From positions 1 through 64,000 of the forward strand of contig CAVPVX010000003.1 in assembly GCA_963709345.1 (NCBI GenBank): a stretch of 64,000 nucleotides of DNA, given 5' to 3'. The notes below the pieces were generated by a model, which was given only the letters and a program-made list of their open reading frames with translations, was not told where the DNA came from and searched no databases. Origin of the DNA: an uncultured Actinomycetes bacterium (lineage in GTDB: Bacteria > Actinomycetota > Thermoleophilia > UBA2241). Shown here in pieces: positions 19,701-28,442 of this stretch (position 1 is the first letter of the stretch; every line of letters starts with the position of its first letter). The position numbers were made by a program, and so were the translations under genes.

Positions 19701-20342
19701 TCAGAGCCTGGAGAGCGTGATCGCCAGGACCTCGGCGCGCAGCGCCGCGGCCTCGGCCTGGATGCGGTCGATCTCGGCGGCCGCGGCCGCCGTGTAGTCG
19801 CAGTCCTCGATGGAGCCCAGGTTGATGCGCACGTTGAGCGCGGCGCCGACGACCGCGGCCTCACCGAGGATCGCGCCGATGCCGGCGTCGGTGACGGCCT
19901 GCGGGTTGCCCAGCTCGGCGGCCGTCTTCGAGAGCCGGCAGACCTCGACCGCGACCTTGCAGATCTCGAGCGGGACGTTGGCGGCGATCACGAGACCCGC
20001 CTGCACCGCGGCCTTGCGCGCGGCCTTCTCCTCGTCGGTGTCCTTGGGCATCCTGAAGGCGGTGATCACGCCATTGTAGGCGGTGGTATCGTCCTGCAGG
20101 AGCTGCTCGAGACGCGCGCGCGCCGCCTCCGACTTCTCGACGAGCGCCGTCATCTCACCGTCGACGGCGGCGAACTTCTCGCGCCCGCAGGTGAGGTTGC
20201 AGACCATGCCGACCAGCGCGGCGCCGAGGGCGCCGACGCAGGCGGAGACGCTGCCGCCGCCGGGCGCGGGTTTCTTGCTGGCGGCGTCGTCGAGGTAGAC
20301 CCGGAGTGGCTCGGAACAGTAGATGGTGGGAGCATCGCTCAC
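19701..20342 (-). CDS. fchA: Methenyl-THF cyclohydrolase / formiminotransferase-cyclodeaminase C-terminal family (FchA)
   Basis: ASKKPAPGGGSVSA, GNPQAVTDAG, AALNVRINL; GTG start 20342 with GGAGG. Confidence 0.88.
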   Translation of the reverse strand: MSDAPTIYCSEPLRVYLDDAASKKPAPGGGSVSACVGALGAALVGMVCNLTCGREKFAAVDGEMTALVEKSEAARARLEQLLQDDTTAYNGVITAFRMPKDTDEEKAARKAAVQAGLVIAANVPLEICKVAVEVCRLSKTAAELGNPQAVTDAGIGAILGEAAVVGAALNVRINLGSIEDCDYTAAAAAEIDRIQAEAAALRAEVLAITLSRL

Positions 20343-20500
20343 CGTGTACCTCCAGCGCGGCGCGTGGACGCCGCGGGCTGAGGCGATGCGTCCGGCCGGC
20401 GGGCCGCAGGAGCAGAGCCGCCGACGCCGGCGCCGCGAGAGCGGCGCCGCAGGGCGGGCCGGCCGCAGCCGGACCCGCCCCGGGGCACTCGCCGGGATTC

Positions 20501-22210
20501 CTAGAACAAGCCGATGATCCGGCCGGTCTCGACGTCGATGTCGACGTCCACGGCCGCCGGCCGTTTCGCCAGACCGGGCATGGTGCGCATCTCGCCGAGC
20601 AGCGGGTACAGGTACCCGGCGCCGGTGGCGGGACGGATGTCGCGGATCGGCACGCGGAAGCCGCGCGGCCGGCCCTTGAGCGCCGGGTCGTGGCTGAGCG
20701 AGAGGTGCGTCTTGGCCATGCACAGCGGCAGCTTGTCGAGGCCCTGCTCGGTGAACTGCTTGATCTTGGCCTCGGCCTCGGGCAGGTAGTCGACGCCGTC
20801 GGCGCCGTACACCTTGGTGGCGATCGTCTCGATCTTCTCCTTGATGGAGGCGTCGAGCGAGTAGAGGAACTTGAAGTCGCCGCCCTTGTCGGCCGCGGCC
20901 TTGATGACCTCGGCCGCCTCCTGGGCGCCGTCGCCGCCGAGCGCGTGGACGTTGATCGGCACGGCGTCCTCGGCGCCGGCCGCGATGGCCTCCTTGCGCA
21001 CGATCTCGACCTCGGTGTCGCGGTCGAAGGCGAAGCGGTTGATGGTCACCACGACGGGAAGACCGAAGAGCTTCATGTTCTCGATCTGCTTGGCGAGGTT
21101 CTCGCAACCCTTGGCGAGGGCTTCGTTGTTCTCGGCCTTGAGCAGCTCGGGGTCGACCGGCAGGCCGCCGTGCATCTTGAGGGCGCGCATGGTGCAGGTG
21201 ATGACCACGGCGCTGGGCGCGAAGCCGCCGTAACGGCAGATGATGTCCATGAACTTCTCGGAGCCGAGGTCGGCGGCGAAGCCGCTCTCGGTGACGACGT
21301 AGTCGCTCAGCTTCATGGCGACCTTGTCGGCGATGATCGAGTTGTTGCCCTGCGCGATGTTGGCAAAGGGACCCGCATGGATGAGCGCGGCATTGCCCTC
21401 GAGCGTCTGCATGAGGTTCGGCTTGATGGCGTCCTTGAGGAGCACCGTCATGGCGCCGCCGGCGCCGATGTCGTCGGCGGTCAGGGGCGTGCCCGTCTTG
21501 CTGTAGCCGAAGGTGATGCGACCGAGGCGCTCGCGCAGGTCCTTGAGTGAGGTGGCGAGGCCGAGTATCGCCATGACCTCGCTGGCGACGGTGATGTCGT
21601 AGCCGGTCTGGCGCGGGAGGCCGTTGAGCCTGCCGCCGAGGCCGTTGACGATCTCGCGCATGGCGCGGTCGTTGAGGTCCACGCAGCGACGCCAGCTGAT
21701 GGTGAGCGGATCGATGTCGAGATCGTTGCCGTGCATGAGGTGGCTGTCGACCATGGCGGCGAGCAGGTTGTTGGCGGTGCCGACGGCGTGGATGTCGCCG
21801 GTGAAGTGCAGGTTGAGGTCTTCCATCGGGAGGAGCTGCGAGTAGCCGCCGCCGGCGGCGCCGCCCTTGATGCCGAAGACCGGGCCGAGGGACGGCTCAC
21901 GCAGGGCGAGCATCGTGTCCATGCCGATGGCGTTCATCGACTCGGTGAGGCCGACGGCCGTGACCGTTTTGCCCTCGCCCAGCGGCGTCGGGGTGATCGC
22001 CGTGACGTTGATGATCTTGCCGTCGGGCTTGTCCTTGAGGCGGTCGAGCAGGGCCATGAAGTCGATCTTGGCCTTGTAGCGACCGTACAGCTCGAGCTCG
22101 TCCTCCAGGATGCCCGCCTTGGCGGCGATCTCCTGGATGGGCTTCATGGTGGCGGCCTGGGCGATCTCGATATCGCTCGGCACCGGGGATTTGCGAACGA
22201 TCGAACTCAA
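20501..22210 (-). CDS. fhs: Formate--tetrahydrofolate ligase
   Basis: TAITPTPLGEGKT, REPSLGPVFGIKGGAAGGGYSQ, HAGPFANIAQG, CMAKTHLSLS; TTG start 22210 with GGAGG. Confidence 0.97.
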   Translation of the reverse strand: MSSIVRKSPVPSDIEIAQAATMKPIQEIAAKAGILEDELELYGRYKAKIDFMALLDRLKDKPDGKIINVTAITPTPLGEGKTVTAVGLTESMNAIGMDTMLALREPSLGPVFGIKGGAAGGGYSQLLPMEDLNLHFTGDIHAVGTANNLLAAMVDSHLMHGNDLDIDPLTISWRRCVDLNDRAMREIVNGLGGRLNGLPRQTGYDITVASEVMAILGLATSLKDLRERLGRITFGYSKTGTPLTADDIGAGGAMTVLLKDAIKPNLMQTLEGNAALIHAGPFANIAQGNNSIIADKVAMKLSDYVVTESGFAADLGSEKFMDIICRYGGFAPSAVVITCTMRALKMHGGLPVDPELLKAENNEALAKGCENLAKQIENMKLFGLPVVVTINRFAFDRDTEVEIVRKEAIAAGAEDAVPINVHALGGDGAQEAAEVIKAAADKGGDFKFLYSLDASIKEKIETIATKVYGADGVDYLPEAEAKIKQFTEQGLDKLPLCMAKTHLSLSHDPALKGRPRGFRVPIRDIRPATGAGYLYPLLGEMRTMPGLAKRPAAVDVDIDVETGRIIGLF

Positions 22211-22416
22211 CGCGTCCTCCTTTGGTCTCCACATTCCCGCGCGTTTCGCTGGCGGCGCCGGCGGCCGAGCGCTGTGGCGCAAAGTCCCGGCACCTTGTGA
22301 CGGATTGTACTAGCGCGTATGGAAACGGGTCAATTTCGTCAAAGGGAGTCCGGCGGGCGAGACGAAAGGCGAGCGGTCCGCGGTCCTCGGTCCGCGCGGC
22401 GAGCCGGGCAGATCCG

Positions 22417-23688
22417 TCAGGAGTCGCTGAAGCGGCTGCGCGCGACCGCCTGGGCGGCCTCGTAGACCACCCGTGCGGGCCGCCCGACGGCAGCAGCCAC
22501 ACGGCGCACGTCCTCGTACTCGGGCGAGACGGTTGCGAGCTTGCCGTCGACGTAGCTGAGACGGACGTGCACCTTGAGCTTGCCGACCCTGACGCTCTCG
22601 CGTCGTTCCTCGGCGTACAGGCGGCCGCAGGGGACGACGCGCAGGCCGAAGGTGGATGTCTCGGCGAAGACGACGCCGGCCAGGAGCTCGCTCTCGGAAG
22701 CGCCGGCCAGCACGTGGAGCACGACGCCGGGCCGGCCCTTCTTCATGAGCGTTTGGGTCATCCAGACGTCGAGAGCGCCGGCCTCGCGCAGCGCGTCGCC
22801 GGCGTGCGCCAGCAGCTCCGGCGTCATGTCGTCGATGTTGGCCTCGAGGACGACGTGGTCGCCGGCGCCCTGCGCAGATGCGGCCAGAGCCGCGTCGAGG
22901 CCGCCGCCCTCGACGTCGTCCGGCGCGGCCGCCGGGTCGACGAGTACGGCGCGCAGCACGTTGGGCCGGCCGGGCACCTCGCGGCGACCGGCCCCGTACC
23001 CGAAGCGCTCGATGCGCCCCGCCGGTACGCCGCCGAACGCCGCGGCGAAGTGCGAGAGCAGGGCGGCGCCCGTGGGTGTCGTCAACTCGCCGAGCGAAGC
23101 GGCCGGCGTGGCGCCCGGCGGCACGGCGGGCGCACCCCCGGTCGTCGGCAGCCCCGCCAGCAGCGCGAGAACGGCCGGAGCGGGCACGCTCAGCCGGCCG
23201 TGCGCCGTCTCGACCTCGCCGTCGCCGAGCGCCGGCGGCGAGGCGACGACGCGCTCGGGCGCAAGCTTCTGGATCAGCGTGACGGCGCAGATGAGGTCCA
23301 CGGCGGTGTCCACGTCGCTGAGCTCGTGCAGGTGCTCTGCGTCGCGTCCGTGCACCTCGGCCTCCGCCGCCGCCATGTGTTCGGCGATGGCGGCCACAGC
23401 GTCGGCGACCGGCTGCTCCAGATCCGATGCGTACAGCGACACGATGAGCTCGTCGAACGTGGCGAAGCCGGGCTGGTCCGCGACCTTGAACGAGAGCGCG
23501 GCCATGCCGCCACGGCGCGCGTCCTCGATCTGCACGAGCCGCGGGTCGATGCCGGCGGCGGCCAGCGCCGGCCGCAGGACATCCTCGAGAGGGCCGGGGT
23601 CGGCTTCGCTCGACCCGGCCAGCGAGAGCAGCGCGGCGACCAGCATGTCGCCGCTCACGCCGCTGGAGCAGTCCAGATACAGGATCAT
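22417..23688 (-). CDS. larC: Nickel pincer cofactor biosynthesis protein LarC (nickel insertion)
   Basis: YLDCSSGVSGDM, AEAEVHG..HLHE, HGRLSVPAPA, ELTTPTGAA, EANIDD, MKKGRPG, PEYED. Confidence 0.9.
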   Translation of the reverse strand: MILYLDCSSGVSGDMLVAALLSLAGSSEADPGPLEDVLRPALAAAGIDPRLVQIEDARRGGMAALSFKVADQPGFATFDELIVSLYASDLEQPVADAVAAIAEHMAAAEAEVHGRDAEHLHELSDVDTAVDLICAVTLIQKLAPERVVASPPALGDGEVETAHGRLSVPAPAVLALLAGLPTTGGAPAVPPGATPAASLGELTTPTGAALLSHFAAAFGGVPAGRIERFGYGAGRREVPGRPNVLRAVLVDPAAAPDDVEGGGLDAALAASAQGAGDHVVLEANIDDMTPELLAHAGDALREAGALDVWMTQTLMKKGRPGVVLHVLAGASESELLAGVVFAETSTFGLRVVPCGRLYAEERRESVRVGKLKVHVRLSYVDGKLATVSPEYEDVRRVAAAVGRPARVVYEAAQAVARSRFSDS

Positions 23689-23893
23689 CGCCGTCACTCT
23701 ACCCTTCGCAGCCGTCTCTGGGCGCCGGTCTCTCCTACAATACCAGTGTCCAGCCTCACATCGGCAGGTCGACCCGAGCCCATGAGAGGCTCGCGCGGCG
23801 CCTGCGCCGCCCCGTGGCCTTTCCGTCGGCCCGCGCCCCGCCCGACCCCCCTCGCCCTGTCGGCCGCCACCACCCGTCGTATAGGATGACGCC

Positions 23894-24919
23894 ATGAGGA
23901 TCGCCCAGATCGCACCCCCGTGGATCACCGTCCCGCCTGCCGGCTACGGCGGCACGGAATGGGTCGTCCAGCAACTCTGCGACGGGCTCGCCGCCAATGG
24001 GCACGAGGTGCGCCTGTACGCGACCGGCGACTCGCACACCGCCGCCGAGCTCTGCGCCCTCTTCCCGAAGCAGATGCCCGAGGTGCTCGGCCAGACCAGC
24101 TACGACGCCCGCCACACCTCCTTCGCCTTCGCCGACATCGAGGCGGGTGAGTTCGACCTCATCCACGACCACTCCGGCTTCATCGCCCTCGCCTTCAGCC
24201 GCTACCTGGCGACACCCATGGTGCACACCGTGCACTGCGCCTTCGACGCCGCCGCCTACGGCTTCTACGAGCAGTTCGCGCGCGAGGTGGGCTACATCGG
24301 CATCAGCGAGTACCAGCGGTCCATGGCGCCGCCCGGAATGGACTGGGTCGGGCTCGCCTACAACGCCATCGCCGTGGAGCAGTGGCCCTTCACGCCCGAG
24401 AAGGAGGACTACCTGCTCGCCTTCGGCCGCGTCTGCGAGGCCAAGGGGTTCCACCTGAGCATCGAGGCGGCCAGGCGCACCGGACGGCGGCTGATCATGG
24501 CCGGTGTGCTCCAGGAGCCGTACCGCGAGTACTTCGAGACGATGATCGCGCCGCACATCGACGGCGACCAGATCGTCTACGAGGGCGAGGTCAGCAACGC
24601 GCGCAAGCGCGAGCTCTTCGCCCACGCCAACGCCTTTGTCTTCCCGATCACCTGGCCGGAGCCGTTCGGCCTCGTGATGATCGAGGCGATGGCGTGCGGC
24701 ACTCCCGTGGTGGCCCTGCGCCAGGGCTCGGTGCCCGAGGTCGTCGACGACGGCGTGACCGGCTTCGTGGTAGACGACTTCGACGAGCTTGTGGCGGCGG
24801 TGGACCGGGTCGGCGAGATCGACCCGGCGGTCTGCCGCCGCACCGTCGAGGAGCGCTTCACGGTCGCACGCATGGTCGCCGACTACGAGGCCGTCTACCG
24901 GCGGGTCCTCGCCAGGTGA
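23894..24919 (+). CDS. Glycosyltransferase family 4
   Basis: MRIAQIAPPW..VPPAGYGGTE, WPEPFGLVMIEAMACGTPV. Confidence 0.92.
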   Translation: MRIAQIAPPWITVPPAGYGGTEWVVQQLCDGLAANGHEVRLYATGDSHTAAELCALFPKQMPEVLGQTSYDARHTSFAFADIEAGEFDLIHDHSGFIALAFSRYLATPMVHTVHCAFDAAAYGFYEQFAREVGYIGISEYQRSMAPPGMDWVGLAYNAIAVEQWPFTPEKEDYLLAFGRVCEAKGFHLSIEAARRTGRRLIMAGVLQEPYREYFETMIAPHIDGDQIVYEGEVSNARKRELFAHANAFVFPITWPEPFGLVMIEAMACGTPVVALRQGSVPEVVDDGVTGFVVDDFDELVAAVDRVGEIDPAVCRRTVEERFTVARMVADYEAVYRRVLAR

Positions 24920-26001
24920 GCGACCCCGGGACGCGCGTCGCAGCGTATCTCTGCGACGGCGACCCGCAGCCCCTCGTCATCTGCGGCGGCGCGCTCGCGG
25001 CGCTGCGCACGTTCCCCGACGCCGGCGTCGACTGCATCCTGACCAGCCCTCCCTACTTCGGTCATCGCCGCTACGCCGCCGGCGGCATCGGCGCCGAGAG
25101 CCGCTGGCAGGACTACGTGGCAGCCCTCGGCGCCGTACTCCTGGAGGCGCGACGCGTGCTCAAGCCGAGCGGCTCGCTCTGGCTCAACCTCGGCGATACC
25201 TATCGCGGCAAGCGCCAACTCGGCATCCCGTGGCGCGTCGCCTTCCATCTCACCGACGACCAAGGCTGGGTGCTTCGCAACAGCGTCGTCTGGCACAAGG
25301 TCAAGGGCGGTCCGGACACGAGCCGCGACAAGCTGCGCAACGTGCACGAGCTGCTGTTCCACTTCGTGCGGCGGCCCAAGGGCTACTACTACGACGCCGA
25401 CGCGGTACGACGCGCGCCGCGCGCGGCGCGCGTCGAGAACGGCGCCGTCGTCTCGGCCACCGGAGTGCGCGGCGTGCGCTACCGGCGGCAGATCGAACTG
25501 TCCACGGCGCTCGGTGACGCCGAGAAGGCAGCGGCGCTGGCCGCCCTCGACACCACGCTCGCCGCGGTCGGCGCCGGCCGCCTGGCGGACTTCCGCATGG
25601 TGATCCGCGGTCGGCAGCGCGCGACCCACTCGGACGCGACCGCCGTGTCCGGCCGCGCACGCGAGCTGGAGGAGCGCGGCTTCTACTTCCTGCGCTACCA
25701 CCCGGGCGGGAGCAAGCCCGGCGACGTCTGGGACATCCTGCCCGAGGACACGCAGGGCAGGGCGGCCCACTTCGCGCCCTTCCCGGCCGACCTCTGCCGC
25801 ATCCCGATTCTTGCGACCTGCCCGCCGGGCGGCGTCGTGCTCGACCCGTTCTGCGGCACGGGCACGACGCTGGCGGTGGCCCGGGAGCTGGGCCGGCGCG
25901 CGATCGGCATCGACGTCGCCGAGGAGTACGCGGAGATGACGCGCATCCGGCTGGCCAGGGGCATCCGGCCGGCGGAAAGCGGCCGAACGAACGAAGCGTA
26001 G
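24916..26001 (+). CDS. Site-specific DNA methyltransferase, N4-C/N6-A beta class (orphan)
   Basis: TSPPYF catalytic motif N-terminal, VLDPFCGTGT SAM motif C-terminal; GTG start overlaps the GT4 stop (GTGA). Confidence 0.92.
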   Translation: MSDPGTRVAAYLCDGDPQPLVICGGALAALRTFPDAGVDCILTSPPYFGHRRYAAGGIGAESRWQDYVAALGAVLLEARRVLKPSGSLWLNLGDTYRGKRQLGIPWRVAFHLTDDQGWVLRNSVVWHKVKGGPDTSRDKLRNVHELLFHFVRRPKGYYYDADAVRRAPRAARVENGAVVSATGVRGVRYRRQIELSTALGDAEKAAALAALDTTLAAVGAGRLADFRMVIRGRQRATHSDATAVSGRARELEERGFYFLRYHPGGSKPGDVWDILPEDTQGRAAHFAPFPADLCRIPILATCPPGGVVLDPFCGTGTTLAVARELGRRAIGIDVAEEYAEMTRIRLARGIRPAESGRTNEA

Positions 26002-26170
26002 CCGGCGCGGCCGGTCAGCCGGCGGCGGCGCGGATGAGGTCCCTGACCTCTGCCACCGTGAGCTCCCGCCCACGCGCCACGTCGTCTGGGGCCGACGTTC
26101 GGGCGTCACCTATACTACGATGTGCGCTGTGCACAGCACGCCGAAGCCGCCGAAGGTGAGGACATCCGGG

Positions 26171-26866
26171 ATGCCCGAGGGCAACGTCAACGCTGAGATC
26201 GCCAACCACCTGCGAGAGCACGGCGAGCACGGGGGGAGCGGCGGGCCGAGCCGCCGCCGGATCGAGATCGTCGAGATCGCCGAGGCCGTCCTCCTCGCGC
26301 TGGTCGCGCTGGTGACGGCGCTCAGCGGCTATCAAGCGGCCCGCTGGGATGGCGAGAGCGCCAGGGCCTACGCCACCTCGTCTCGACTCCGGATCGAGAG
26401 CAACGAGGCGCAGCTCTCAGCCAACGAGGCGCTGGTGTACAACGCGACGACGCTCACCGCCTGGGTGGAGGCCTACGACGCCGGCGACGCGTCCCTGAAG
26501 AAGCTGCTCGAATCCCGCTTCACGCCGGACTTCAGGGTCGCCTTCGACGCTTGGATGAGGACGAAACCATTCACGAACCCCGACGCCCCGCCGGGACCGA
26601 GCCACATGCCCGAGTACAAGCCCTCACTGGTGGAGACGGCGTCGAAACTGGCCGACGAGGCCACGGCTGCGTTCGACGAGGGGGTGACGAGTCGCAACAC
26701 CGCCGAGCACTACGTGCGCCTCACCGTCATCCTGGCCGCCGTGCTGTTTCTGATCGCCATCGGGCAGCGCTTCGAGATCAAGGGGGTACGCCACGCGATC
26801 AATGGCGTCGCCGGGGCGTTCCTCCTGTACTGCTTGGTCCTCATCGCCACCTACCCCCACACCTGA
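26171..26866 (+). CDS. Hypothetical membrane protein (3 TM, DUF4337-like layout)
   Basis: One N-terminal and two C-terminal hydrophobic segments around a soluble loop; typical codon usage. Confidence 0.7.
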   Translation: MPEGNVNAEIANHLREHGEHGGSGGPSRRRIEIVEIAEAVLLALVALVTALSGYQAARWDGESARAYATSSRLRIESNEAQLSANEALVYNATTLTAWVEAYDAGDASLKKLLESRFTPDFRVAFDAWMRTKPFTNPDAPPGPSHMPEYKPSLVETASKLADEATAAFDEGVTSRNTAEHYVRLTVILAAVLFLIAIGQRFEIKGVRHAINGVAGAFLLYCLVLIATYPHT

Positions 26867-26880
26867 GCGCGGGCGAAGCC

Positions 26881-28401
26881 TCAGCCTCCGGCGGCGTCCG
26901 CGGAGAGCTTGCCGGCGATGTCGGCGAACTGGGCCTCGACCCACTTCTCGATGCTGTTGCCCTCGATCACGGCACGCAGCATCCCGGCACGCTCCTCGCG
27001 TTCGTCCGGATCCATCGTCAGCGCCTTGTACAGAGCGTCGGCCTGCTGCTCGATGTTGAAGGGATTGACCCCGAGGGCGAACGCGCCCAGCTCCTCGTGG
27101 GCGCCCGCGTACTCGCTGAGCACGAGCACCCCGTTGTGGCGGTTCAGGATCGGACCTTCCTTGGCGACGAGGTTCATGCCGTCGCTGATCGCGTTCACGA
27201 AGAGCACGTCGTACTGGGCGTAGGCGGCAAGCGTGACCGGGAAGTCGTCCTGGATGCGCAGGTCGATCGGCATCCAGTCGGTGGTGCCGTGGCGCGTGTT
27301 CACGTCGGCGGCCACACGCTCCACACGCTCGCGGTACGTGACGTATTCCTCCACGTCCTCACGTGAGGGCTGCAGGAGCGCGAGAAACGTGAGGCGCTCC
27401 TTGAACTCCGGGTGGAGCTCGAGGAAGCGGTCGAACGCGACGAAGCCCCGGATGATGTTCTTGCTGAGGTCCAGCCGGTCGACGCGCAGTATGAGCGCCT
27501 CTCGCCGCTTGCCCACCAGCGCCCGCTCCGCCGCATAGGCGCGCCGCGATCTCGCCGCGCCACGGAGCGAATCGGGGTCGATGCTGACGGGGTACGCCCG
27601 CGCCCAGACCTCGCGGCCGTCGTAGCGAACGACGCCGGCGGCGGCGTCCACCTCGAGATCCAGGAGGTCCTGGCAGCAGCGCAGGAAGTTCCTCACGTAG
27701 CCATGGGTGTGAAAGGCAACGACGTCGTTGCCGAGCAGCCCCTCGAAGACGGCGACGCGGATGTGGTCCGGCAGCACCCGCCAGTAGTCGCTCTGCGGCC
27801 AGGGGATGTGGACGAACTGATGCAGGAAGGCGTCGGGGCAGGCGGCACGCACCTGTGGAGCGACGCAGTAGAGTTGGTAGTCGTGGAGGAAGACGACGGC
27901 GTCGCCGCCCAGGCCGTCGGCTCCGCGCCGGCACCGGCCGTCGGCGCCCCGCCGCACCTCGTCCACTACAGCCTTCGCGAACTGGTCGTTCACGACCAGG
28001 TACCCGTTGTGCCAGGCGTCCAGTTCCTCGGCGCCGATGTCCGGGTGGCGGCCGAGGTCCCACAGGTAGTGCTGGATGAACCACAGCATCGGGTTGGCGA
28101 CGACGTTGTAGTACTTGTCGTAGGCGGCGGGTTCGACGGCGACGTAGCGCAGGCTGTAGCCGACGCCGTCGAGCTCGACCTCGATGGCACGGCTCTCGGC
28201 GGCCAGGCGGCGCTCCTCGTCGCCGAGCGCCGCCGCCACCCATGTACCCGGGTGTTCGCGCAGCATGTGCGTGAGCACGGTGACGAGGCCGCCGGGGCCG
28301 CGCGTGACGACCGGCTCGCCGGAGGGATCGCTGTGGAACGACACGGGGCCGCGGTTGGCGGCGACCACGAGACGCCGCTTCGTGAGATCGACCCCCTGCA
28401 C
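26881..28401 (-). CDS. otsA: Trehalose-6-phosphate synthase family (GT20)
   Basis: AANRGP, GGLV, HDYQL, HIPWP, RVDRLDLSKNI, DGMNLVAKE. Confidence 0.9.
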   Translation of the reverse strand: MQGVDLTKRRLVVAANRGPVSFHSDPSGEPVVTRGPGGLVTVLTHMLREHPGTWVAAALGDEERRLAAESRAIEVELDGVGYSLRYVAVEPAAYDKYYNVVANPMLWFIQHYLWDLGRHPDIGAEELDAWHNGYLVVNDQFAKAVVDEVRRGADGRCRRGADGLGGDAVVFLHDYQLYCVAPQVRAACPDAFLHQFVHIPWPQSDYWRVLPDHIRVAVFEGLLGNDVVAFHTHGYVRNFLRCCQDLLDLEVDAAAGVVRYDGREVWARAYPVSIDPDSLRGAARSRRAYAAERALVGKRREALILRVDRLDLSKNIIRGFVAFDRFLELHPEFKERLTFLALLQPSREDVEEYVTYRERVERVAADVNTRHGTTDWMPIDLRIQDDFPVTLAAYAQYDVLFVNAISDGMNLVAKEGPILNRHNGVLVLSEYAGAHEELGAFALGVNPFNIEQQADALYKALTMDPDEREERAGMLRAVIEGNSIEKWVEAQFADIAGKLSADAAGG

Positions 28402-28442
28402 GTCGCAGCCCCCCCGGTCGGCTTTCCAGGCCCCTGCGCCTG

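Noticed and set aside
19701-21107. Long track ORFs with extended N-termini (fchA 468 aa, feoB 816 aa, MTase 539 aa, yacL 485 aa) as fusions
   Set aside because: Extensions overlap upstream genes in another frame and are low-complexity; internal starts give family-typical lengths
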